The notes beneath the pieces are model-generated. The model was not told where the DNA came from and ran no database searches. It saw only the letters and a program-made list of their open reading frames with translations. A stretch of 64,000 bases of DNA from Raillietiella orientalis (taxonomy: Eukaryota). This document shows positions 1 through 10,618 of the stretch, piece by piece. The number at the start of each line of letters is the position of its first letter. Within the stretch, counting starts at the first letter, position 1. The stretch is from the NCBI GenBank assembly GCA_036172245.1, contig JAYWIR010000002.1, positions 6,262,001-6,326,000 of the forward strand, in the 5' to 3' direction. Position numbers and translations under genes: made by a program.

Positions 1-3000
1 TTCCTGAGGTAAAAACCACTTTCACTGCCTTCCCCATGGTGACTCATGCAAGATACGAGGTGGCTTTAGAACCCTGGGCTCCAATAAATCTGGAATAACG
101 TTGCGGGGGGAGAGACGTGTAGGGGCCGCGAAGCGACCCGAGGTCCGCCTGGAAGTGGGGGCGATGCGTGGCGGCCTACGGCGAGCGTCCGGTCGGCTGT
201 TTCGTGAGCGGTTGGGAGCCGCACGACGTCAGTCAGGATGTGTCTCTCCTTTCCCTTCGTAACCCCCCCCCCCCACCTTCCTCTCCCTCCCGCTCCCCCT
301 CTCCCTGGGACTGCAGTGCCCGGCGATAAAGAGGTTGACTCACGCGTGCGGTTGAAAGATTTTCCCGAGCTCCGTTTTCACCAGTTTGTCGGTCGCTGCC
401 CGCCCGCAGACGCAAGAGCGTCCCCGAAGGCAAAGGGAGGGGGGGGGGGAAAGGAAACGGAGGCTTGTCTTTTCTCTTGAAGAAGAAAGAAAATCCTCCT
501 TCCGCTGGGGTTTTCTGGGAAGCCGCCCGGCGCGCGCGCCGTTCGGTGTTTCTGCGCGAAACCACCGCCGTTCCGCGAGCTGCTGCTGTTTTTCTTTTCT
601 TCTTCTTTTGGTGGGGAGGAGGGGGGGGGGGGTGGAAGTCGAATGCCTGCTGCAGCTGCCGCCTTTGAAGCTCACCCGCTCTGGGGCTCGGAAAAACCGG
701 CTGCGGACTCCGGGAATCGCGCGGGAGGCGGCAGCCCCCGCGGAAGTTTCCCAGATCCCGTCGCTCGTGACACGGTTGCAGGCGACGTCGAGAAGCAAAG
801 GTGGCCGCCGGCGCGTCCCCGGTGCTACGCTTCTCCTCCGGAGAGGCGCGACCCCGCAGGTTTCCCTGCTGCCGGTAGGAGCCCCGGCGGCGCCGCGGAA
901 GGAAGTCGCCGCTGCTGCACCTGCGATCCCCCTGCCAGGTGCGCACCGGGAAGAGCGCTCCCCGTGCTCTCCTCCCCCTTCCTTCCCCGAAGAGTGGACC
1001 GGAGGGAGACGCCATCTGCCCCCGCTCTCCGGTGGTCGTTCATTTCGGTCGTCGCATGCGTGCTGCAGGGTGTGGCACGGAAGCCGAGGGGGAGGGAGGG
1101 AGGAGCGACGTCGGAGTCCCGCCGCCTCCCTGACGAGTGACCAAGCAGCGAAAGCGCGGGAAGGACGGCGGTGTGGTCGCTCCGCGAGCTGGCGCTGCTG
1201 CTGCCGCCGCCGCCGCCGCGCCTGCTTCCACGGATGACCCCTGGACGCCTCCCTCCACAAGATCAGCGCAGGCCTCGCGCCCAAGCAGGACGTGTTTCGT
1301 GCGTGCGTGCGTGCGTTGCGAACCGAGGGAAGGTGGATGGACGCTCCAGGGGGCTGGCCGACAAAGTAGGTCTGGCAAGTGGTCAGAGGTGAAGGACCCC
1401 AGCAACCCCACGAGGGGCGGCGGACAGCGGCGTTTGGAAAGAGCCCGGGTGCGCTTTCCAAACGCCTCACGGGGGGCGCGGAGATACCGCGAGGCGGCGG
1501 CAGCCGCAGCGGCATCGAAAGTGAGAGTGCGCTCTTTCGCGCGCGCGGAACGGGGAGGAGGAAGGGGGGGGGAAGGGGGAAGCGTCCGTGGAAAAAACCT
1601 CAGCTTTCCCTCCTCGTCTGCGGCGACCTTCGCGGCAGAGCGCCGTGACTTTCCCGTGCGGGGGCCAATGGCGAAGGCGAGTCGACTAATCGGAAGACTC
1701 CGTTTCGGTTGGCGAGGCGCTACGGCAAACGCCGGGGAGAGGGTCCAGCTGCCGCAGCCGCAGCCGCGGGGTGGGGCCCTCCGAAGGTGATGCGAAGGGC
1801 AAAGTCCACTCCCCTCCCCCTCCGCTCTGCTCCTCCCCGCAACGACGTCACTGTTTAACGCACCCCCTTTCTTTTCGCCTTCCAGCCACGCAGACGGCGC
1901 TCCTGACGGACTGCTGCCGCGGCCTGCCATGTACGTCCAGAGTCAACATCACCAAGAAGGCGGCGGCGACTCGGTCAGCATCCCACTGTGCCACACGAAG
2001 ACTCGGTGCGCCAGGTGAGAGCGTCCCTCCTAGTCGCCTGCATCGCTGCTGACTGCTGACCTGGCGCAGGAGTCGGGGTGGAACGCTTGCAGTCCCTTCG
2101 TTCACGTGACTCCTACTGAGTGGAAGGGGACGGCGCGCGCGCGCCTAAGCAGAGATTCCGCTATGCTCCGAGCCGCTCTGCGGGGGGCATCCTGCCGTCC
2201 CTCCTGGGGAAGGGCAGAGGGGATGCAGGAGCGCCGGCCTCTCCTTCTCTCCCCGCGAGAGGGTTTCCGGACACAGTGCATCGGTCCCCAGAGGGGCGGC
2301 GCTCGCGCGCGTCGCAGGCAAGAGTCGTCCCGCGCGGATGCGCCGCGGCGGCCTCAGGTCGCCATGGCGCCTCCCTTCCATGTTTTGCGACCCGCTGTCC
2401 TCCCCTCGAGATGGTCCACTGCCACCCACCAAGTGAGCCACGGTTTGCCTGGGTCGCGTGCCTGTGCGTGAGTGCGCACCACCGCCGCCAATAAGCCGTC
2501 TTTCCCTCCATCTCCACGCCATCTCGGGCGCGGCTGGATGCGTAGAGGGAGTGGCGGCGAAGGGAGGCCCGCGCTTCTCTCTTCCCCTGCTCCGCGACCT
2601 ACGAGACAGCGGTTCAGAGGGAGGGAGGGAGGGAGGGAGGAGAGGAAAGCGCACGCGCGTGATCAGCCTACGCCCGCCGCATCGCACGCAGGTCGTCGCC
2701 GCAGAGCCACGTTTGCTGGCTTCCCGTGCAACCGTGTTCCGTGTGATGGCGGCCGCGACCCTCGCCTGGACGTTGCTGGGAAGCCCATCCTGCCTCCCTC
2801 GCCCATCCCCTCGTGCGTAGGTGACAGTGCCGGTCCCCGGTGGCCCCGAAGGTGGTAGCGCGAGCGCTCACACCCCCTGCCTCCCGTCAACTCCACCAGT
2901 GCGGATCGTGACGGGGTATCGCGCGATCAGCGAAGAGTGTTCTGTGTTGACGTCAGCGGCTGCCGCCGCCGCAGCCACCGTTCCGCACTGCCTCTTCGTG

Positions 3001-3207
3001 CTCATCCGTCAGGCGGCGCCGACGACGCTGCCCTTGCAAGCAGCCACTGCACGCTCGCTGCAGACCCGGAGAGCGGCCGTGAGCTTCGTGGTGCCCCTAG
3101 GGGTCTCTCACTGCTCCCAGGCCGCCCGTCCCCCGCGAGCCGTCACTATTGCGAAGACACCGTGCTTTCTGTGCTTCCACCTGTGCGTGTGCGTGTTGTT
3201 CTGCAAG

Positions 3208-5378
3208 GATAGAAAAGACGGCAGCGGCAGCGGTGGCGACCAAGACGGCGAGGACTCGTGGTTCGGGTCCCGCAATTCAAGCGCCCGGGAGCTCAAGTCT
3301 TCCTGTGTTGCTTCCAGCGCTCCCCAAGTAGATGGCGGCGCCCGGCGCCCGAAGGGACGGCCTCAGAAGAGCGAGCGCGCCCCTTCCCCCTCCTCCTCTC
3401 CGCAGCGGAGCTGGCTCCGGGGGATGCTGCGGTGCTTCCGACCTGTCTGGGCGCTGCTAGCGAGGCCATCCTCCAGCTGCAAAGGTGCGTGCGCTTCCCA
3501 TCCTCCCCCGGGGGTGAGGATGGATGGGGACGAAGACCGCGTTTCCCGAAGGAGGCTTTTCAGATTGGTGGGAGGTGCCTTTCGAGCTCATCACGGACCT
3601 GCGGTGGCTGGGATCGGGTGCGCAGGGGTCCGTCTTCGAAGCCAGGCTGTTTGGGCACCCCGTGGCCGTCAAAAAGGTCAACGACGTCCGGGAGACGGAC
3701 CTCAAGCACCTGCGGAAGCTGAACCACCCGAACATCATCTCCTTCCGGTACAGTTCCGGCGTGTTTTTCCCTTCCTTTCGCTCGTGAGCTCCGCCCCAAG
3801 CGCCGTTCTTATAGAGGCGTGTGCGTCCAGCCTCCCTGCTACTGCGTCATCATGGAGTTCTGCCCTTTTGGTTCCCTGTTCTCTTACCTGGGCCGGTGCC
3901 AGAATCTGGACACCTCCCTGACGGTCGCCTGGCTCAAGCAGATCGCCTCCGGCATGGCCTACCTGCACCAGCACCACATCATCCACCGCGACCTGAAAAG
4001 TCCCAAGTAAGAGGGCGAGGTTCTTCCAACAGTCCCTCCCCAAACAGAACGTCATCCTTCTCCTTCCCTTCCTCCCGCCTCCCTTCATCATGCTGCTGCT
4101 GCCCCCCCCCTTGCCCCGGCCCTACGCTGCCTGCTCCGCTCGTCCCGTGTTTCTCCTCTCCAGCATCCTCATCGCGCAGGGGAAGCTCTTGAAGATCAGC
4201 GACTTCGGCACCAGCCGCCAGTGGGACGAAGTGAGCGCTCACATGAGCTTCGCCGGCACGGTGGCGTGGATGGCGCCAGAGGTCATCCGGCACGACCCGT
4301 GTTCGGAGAAAGTGGACGTTTGGTGAGTGTGGCACGACGCGGAACGCGCGCGCTTTCCCCTCCCTTCCCGGTTTCCTCGATCCCAAGCCGCCACTCCCAT
4401 TTTTTCCCCTCCCTCCCCGAGAGAAGGACACAGAGAGAAAGCGGACAACCATCCCACAGGTCCTTCGGCGTGGTGCTCTGGGAGGTTCTCACCTGCGAGG
4501 TTCCGTACAGGAATGTAGACTCGTCTGCCGTCATGTGGGGGGTGGGCAACGACTCCCTATGTCTTCCTTTGCCCGTGGGCTGCCCCGACGGACTCGCCCT
4601 GCTGCTGACCCAGTGTTGGAGCTCCAAACCCCGCAACCGACCGTCCTTCCGGCAGATACTCGTCCACCTGGACCTCGCCGCTCCCGAGCTGCTCGGCATC
4701 CCGGAAGAAGATTATGCGTGTCTTCAGGACCGCTGGCGCCAGGAGGTGCGCGGGCACTTCCAGCAGTTCGCCAGCCGGGAGTCCACGCGCCAGGGGGACA
4801 GCGCGGAGGAGGACCTCTTCCGCCGGCGCCTGGACGAGCTGCGCCACACGCGCCGGCTCTATGAGACCCGCGCCGCCAAGCTGTCGCGCTTGTATCAGGA
4901 GTTCCGCTCTCTCTTCCGGCACCTGCGCCACCGGGAGAAGCAGCTGCAGAGGCGCGAGCAGCAGCACCAGCAGCATGGAGCTAGGGCGAGCTTCAGGCGT
5001 GCCCGGGTCATGAGGAAGGTCGCCTCCAAGCTACCCTGCAGTAGGACTTCCTCCTCGGACCGCGCTCCCGACTTCCTTTCCACCGAAAGTCCCGGCGAGT
5101 GCCGCCCTAGCCTCAGGCACTCATCCACGCAGACCGACGCCACGGACGCCAACAGGAACCTGGTCCTTAAGAGGGCGCTGGAGGGTAACAGAAGCCTCGA
5201 CATGCTCGGCTTCTCGAGGGCCCTATCGTCCCACCGCCGGCGGGTCACTATGTGCCGCAGGCCGTCCCACCCGCGCAGAGCGAGAGTGGACCGCTTGCCC
5301 CCGAGTTCGGACGACGAGGACAGCTCGACACCCAAGAGCGCCGCCGTCGGCAAGGAACCTCCCGCTCCTCGCACATAG
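3208..5378 (+). CDS. MAP3K12/13-like: Dual leucine zipper kinase (MAP3K12/MAP3K13, DLK/LZK/wallenda family). Exons 3208-3484, 3564-3747, 3815-4006, 4164-4322, 4460-5378; start codon and upstream exon(s) not resolved
   Basis: Phase-consistent GT-AG splicing joins: [17 protein letters not shown] (DLK pre-kinase motif), [105 protein letters not shown], then a zipper region (RRLDELRH...[10 protein letters not shown]). Stop TAG at 5376-5378. Confidence 0.93.
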
Positions 5379-6091
5379 CGGTGCGTCTGCGTTCCCAGAA
5401 GGAGCTCTGATGCTGGCGGCAGTCGGGAAGGAGGAGGAGGAGGGACCAAAGTCCCATTTCCGGGGGCCAGACCGGGATGGTAGCAGCACAAGGATCCCCA
5501 TTTCCCGGACCTTCCCCTCCCCCTTCCCCTCTTCTGTGCAAAGAAGAGACCGACAGAGGTCGCCCGTGTTCTTCCCTCCCCCCCTCCCCCAGGCGCGATG
5601 CGCACCTCCCTCTCCTCACAGCGTTTCCTCCCTTTTTTTTTTATATATATATAGGAGGGGAGGTTGTGATGGCTACTTCAAAGAGGGATCTTTCTTTCTC
5701 TGTCGCCGCGCAGCACGTGCGCAGCCGCAGCAGTGGAGCCTCCGTATCGAAGGAGGAGAGAGGAGCGGCGGCGGCGCAGGCCGAAGGTGAAGACTTCGTG
5801 CCGCCTTCTGCAGTGATGCGACCTTGGCGCTGCCGCCGTCGCCTCGGGCGTAGGATTCGGCACGCGCACCCACTCCATCGCCTCGCGAAAGCTCTCCCCC
5901 GTTCTGCCCCCACCATCGATCCGCAGGAGTCGCCGCTCGCCGACTCTCGTCCGCCTTGGCGAACGCCCTGGCCGATACACGAAAAAGAAGGGGCAGCGCG
6001 CGCGACGTCACGCAGGGGTGTCTTTTTTCCCCCCTCCCGTTTAACTTTCGTTCCTTTTTTCTCCTGTACCGTCGACTTGCCGAATGTTCCA

Positions 6092-6097
6092 AATAAA
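6092..6097 (+). promoter_or_regulatory. Candidate polyadenylation signal of the MAP3K gene
   Basis: First AATAAA I see downstream of the stop codon (~710 nt), in otherwise GC-rich sequence. Confidence 0.4.
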
Positions 6098-7749
6098 GGA
6101 GACTTCATCAGCGTATGTTGGAAGGGAAGTTTGCATCCGGGAGAGGCTGCTACCCCCATGGTTCTCCTGCTAACCTCGTCCTGGTTCCCCCCCCCGTCCG
6201 GCTCCCGGCGAGCCTCCCTTGCGGGCGGGTGATCAGGAGGTGCCATCCTCCCAGCATTCTTTCGTGGGATGGAGGGACCCTTCTTTCGCCGCCCCTGTCT
6301 TTCGGAAAGGGTGCACGCTGGGTGGGGGGAGGAAGGGGGAAAGGCCCCTTTACTTCTCCAGGGAGCGAGAGGGCAGCGTGTGTCCCCGCCAGAACCCCCA
6401 TCCTCTTCTTGAGCCACTCTTTCGAATAAGAGGTACGTGGAAGGGTTCGCGGGAAAAGGGCCTGCCCCGCCACTTTCTCGAAACCTGGGCAACGCCGAGC
6501 GCGCCTATCTCAGCGACATTCGACGCCCCGCGAGCCAAGTCGCACCATGGACCCGCACGCGAACGGGGTGCGTCGTCGTAATGGCGACCAACCGTACCTG
6601 CGGTGTCTCCACGTGGGCGTCTTCGTGACTCCCCACGTGCTTCGCTGCTGCAGTGCAGCTTCCTTCTCTCAACGCGCTTGCGGAGGCACTCGTCGCTACC
6701 TCCGAACCTCACGCTTGACCACGCACGGGCACCTCCATCACTGCTCTCCGCACAGTCTGAGGCATGGAGGTGAAATTGAGGAGGAGGGGAGGAGGGATTG
6801 ATAGTCTGTTCGGAGCCTCTCTCTGTCGCACTCGTTTCCCTCGCAGCTGCCTGGTGGGTTGCGCATCCTCGGTTGCCCGTTTCGCCAAGAGGATTTCCCA
6901 GCAGGCGAAGATCGAGGGGACTTCCAGGCTCCAGAGCGCTGATGCAGGGCGGTGCGGACACGCCCCCGCGCCCAGTTTGACACGACGGCGGACCTTTGCG
7001 CGGGGTGCTGTATTCCCACCAAGCGCCAGCGCGCCTTTGTAGCCGGCCCCTGGTTGGTGCGGTGCTTCCGGTGGCGGCTGCCGCCCATGGTCGTCCGCCA
7101 CTAAGGAGGCGATCCCAGCGGCGAGTTGATGGTAAGTTCGTTCTTGCCCGACGGGCCACGTGGGTTGCGGCCCGCTTCGCGGATCGTAGAGGATGAGCAA
7201 AGCGGCGGTCCACCACCATCCGCGAAACGCCGGCCGTGGGGGTGCCTTTCGGGGGCCGGCGTAATGGGGGTCTGCGAGGCAGAGCCTGCCTTCCCCCGAC
7301 CGGGAAGCAGCAGCAGCCCCAGGAGGGGGGAGAGAGAGCGGGCCACGCCCATGCTTGCAGAAAAGGCGCCACCTTTTCGGTTATCTTTCGCGCACGGCGT
7401 GCCAAGGGCTCGGCTCCCCCAGCTTCGCGCGCGTCCTCCTTCGGGGCAGACGCGCGCGTGCGGTTTTCAGGGAGAGCAAGGGGGTGGGCGGACTCGGCGA
7501 CGGCCGCCGCGTGGACTCGCACGCTCGGCAGAGAGGGAAGGACACGCCCGGTTTCCATCCACACCCGCGTGGTCGCGCGCTCGAGGAGCCTCCGTCCGGC
7601 TTCGCTCTTCCCGTCCTCCTCCTCCTGACCTCTGCGGAGTGCGCGCCTCGGAAACGCTCGTGACCAGGCAACCGCGCCCAACCCGATCCTCGGCGAGCGA
7701 ACCGCCGAAAACGCAGGTGGGTGCCCGCACGAGCCCCGCTCGGCGCCCA

Positions 7750-8050
7750 GGAAGGAAGGGTCGTGCGCACCCGGGCTCGGGGCCCGAGTCCCCCAAGGGG
7801 CGCTTAGAGACAGCCCCGGGACGGAGGGAGTTTTCGGATCCCAAGCGAAAGCCGCCCGCAGCGAGGTCGGCCCGCTCCGAGTCTGCTGCGAGCGAGGAGG
7901 TGGAACGGCAGGTTCGCGCGGATCATCCCGTGATCGAGATGACTCGCCTGCGTCCCCACGCGAGGATGGTCTTCCTGATGCGCCATTGGGGGATTTCCTT
8001 TCTTTACAGTGGTCGACGAGCGAGTGTTGGACTGATGCCTTCCCCCCCCC
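7750..8050 (-). mobile_element. Possible decayed L1/Tx1 LINE fragment (zf-RVT region)
   Basis: Minus-frame HLDHGMIRANLPFHLLARSRLGAGRPRCGR loosely resembles the W..l...LPt...C..C start of zf-RVT. Weak match; boundaries approximate. Confidence 0.25.
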
Positions 8051-9679
8051 CCCCCAGCGAAAGAGCGCCCGACCCGCCAGAGGTCAACCCCGGCGGCGGC
8101 TCCGCGGTCCAGGGCGCACTTGCTCGCCGCTGTCGAGGCGAACAGCCGATTCCCCCTCCTTCCGGTGGCGCGGAGACGAAAATCCGCCGCGGGCGTAGCG
8201 GCTCGTGCGGGAGGGACGGGGTGGGGGGCGGGGTTTCCGGGCTGCAGGTGCGCGGGGAGTCGCAGGGCGGCACCTGCGATGCGTGGCGGCGCATCCGGCG
8301 CTCGCAAGTGTCCTGCCTGCTCCTTGCACGCGCTCGCGTCAGGGCGGGGCGTTCCGGATCGCGGCGCGCGACGGCGGTGGCAATGGCGGTTCCCCGCTCC
8401 TCCCGTGGTGCGGGGGAGGGGGGGGGGGTAGGTTTCTTCGCGACCTCGACTTTCGGATTTTCCCTCTTCTTCCAGCCTGGGGCCACGCTGCGTGTAGCGG
8501 CCGCGAGGGTGCGGTGCCTCGTCCACTTCCGACCGTCCTGCCGGGGCTGCCGCCGCACTGCTGTCCGGGAGGCACCTGGCGGTTCTCCGCTGCTTCGCCT
8601 GAAGAACGCCGCTCCGGGCTGTTTCCCGCGGCACTCCCTCCCCGTGGGTTGCTTGTCTTCTTCCTCCGAAGCATTCTAGTAGCTTACTCTCCTCGCCTTC
8701 CCTCGTCTGACCGCCGGCTCGCCTTCCGCAGCAGCGCCAGGCGGAAGGAGGGGCTGCGTGCCGTCCGCCCAACGCTTCGGGCAGTGACGTCGGGGCGCCA
8801 TCTGTTGGCTGCTACGCGAGAGGGACGCTCGTCCGGAAGCGATCCCTAAGAACGTCCGACCCGCTCGCTAAAGGGGCGTACCTCTCTTAGGCACGCGCGC
8901 TTCCCCGCGGCTGCCGGCGGGCCTCCACGGCAGCGGAGATTTTTATGCTCGCTGCGCGGATTGCGTTGCGTGCGGGCGTTCCGTGCGCGGTCTGCGTGTG
9001 GAGAGCTGCCAGCATCCCCCCGCTGAGGCCGGCTCCCTTGCGCTCCGGAAGAGCGCGGCGGCGTGTCGAGGAAAGAAAGAGGCCTCCAGGACCCCCTCCT
9101 TCCCTCGCCGATGCGGCGCCACCGTCTCCGCGTCGAACGCTTCGGTTGGGCGCTATCCGGGACGCCGTGGACGCGCGCGTTCCGCGAGAGTCTCTCAGGA
9201 CGTCATGTGTGTGAAAACTGCGAGGTTTGTCAGCGAGACTGGTGACGTCATTCCACCGCGTTGGGGGGGGGGGGATTCCCTGCACGCCTGGCGACCGTTC
9301 TCGCAGACGATGTGGCGGGCGCCGGCCCGTGCCAGAGCTACCCGGACCGAACGGGTCCTGCTCGCGTCATCCCTTTCGTCCCGCGGTTCCCGGTTGGGAT
9401 CCTCTGGAGCAGACCTCGAGAACCAAGCTGCTTTCCAAAGAAGCGTTTCCCGCGGGCTGGGCTGCTTTCGAGGGACCCTCGGATCGCGCAAGCGTGCGCC
9501 GGGCTTGCCTTCAAGCGGCGAATAACAGAGAACCAGATTGCTATGGACAACGGGAGTCGCGTGCGTCGGTAAATAAGATCAAATAAAACAGGAAGCCCGA
9601 TTTCGGGATTGCGACTCTTTACGTACGCCGATCCTTAAAAAAAAAAAAAAAAAGTACTCTTTTGTACGGCGCCTTCACC

Positions 9680-10130
9680 GGTACGCGGAACCCTTTGCGA
9701 AAGTGAACTGAAGGTGGCCGCCGCTCCACACCGGCGGCAGCTCCGATGAAACTTCATCTCGGGATTTCCCGGCACACGACACGAAAGGGTTCGCCGAGAC
9801 TGACCGGAAATCCCCCCGCCCCGCAGATCCGTGCCTTGCTTTTCGTTTCTTCAGAGATGAGGAAGGGATCGACGCAAACGAATCCACAAGCGGTTTGCGC
9901 GCGAAAAACACTCGGCAGCCATGCGGCGGGGTCGGCGCCATGTACGAATCGGTTTGTAGCACAAGCGGAACGCCCACGCTGCTCAAGAAGGCACGTCGCC
10001 CGGCTATGGGTGGATGGGGAGGAACCCTACGGACCTCAGGCTGTAAAAAAAATCATGACCAAGAATCAAAGAGCCTTGCTGTTCTCGGGTCCCTAGATCA
10101 TCGCAGTTCTAGGGAAGGAGCCGCACTTAA
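9680..10130 (-). mobile_element. Possible decayed L1/Tx1 LINE fragment (post-RT thumb region)
   Basis: Minus-strand FLSSVGVPLVLQT...YMAPTPP...IPSSSLKKRKAR.(frameshift).GAGG resembles the LS..GR..l...Y...P.....L..pk..GGlG tract of L1/Tx1 ORF2. Confidence 0.3.
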
Positions 10131-10456
10131 AACCCTATCGCTAGAAGAAGAAAGAAGAAAGCATGAAAGTCAAGAGGGCGCCCGTTTCACTTTGAAAAAG
10201 TAAAAAAAAAAAAAGAAAAAAAGGAGGGAGGGAAGGGGGAAACGACGACAAAAAAACTTGGGATGGAACACGCCGCACATAAACAGGGCGCCTCGAGGCA
10301 CGCACACTCACGCGTCGATACTCCTTGCATATCAGCAACCTTCCCACAGTTCGGGTGTTTTGCAAAATGGCCTCCTCTCTGTATACATTCGCTCGCTCGC
10401 GCGCGTTTTTGTACGAGCATTTGCAGTCAAGTAAACGAAAAAATTAAACGACTTCT

Positions 10457-10462
10457 TTTATT
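10457..10462 (-). promoter_or_regulatory. Candidate polyadenylation signal of FAM135-like gene
   Basis: TTTATT on + (AATAAA on -), ~160 nt past the stop codon. Confidence 0.5.
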
Positions 10463-10618
10463 CAAGTACGCTCATCACATTTTTTTTTTTTTTCTTCTTC
10501 CTTTTCAGCAAGGTCTCTGAGTACTCGAAAATGCTACAAAAATAATCTCAGGCGTTGACTGGTAGGAGTGAAAGATTTTGCGGGGAATATAAATCTGCAG
10601 AAGTTCCTCCGGAGCAGG

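Noticed and set aside
3..98. Open frame PEVKTTFTAFPMVTHARYEVALEPWAPINLE* at the window edge
   Set aside because: Could be the last exon of an upstream gene, but it is too short and I do not recognise it.
233..9600. Many long overlapping ORFs (e.g. 340..1515, 6350..7681, 7126..8679)
   Set aside because: R/P/G/A-rich translations in all six frames with no domains; expected from stop-codon scarcity in very GC-rich DNA.
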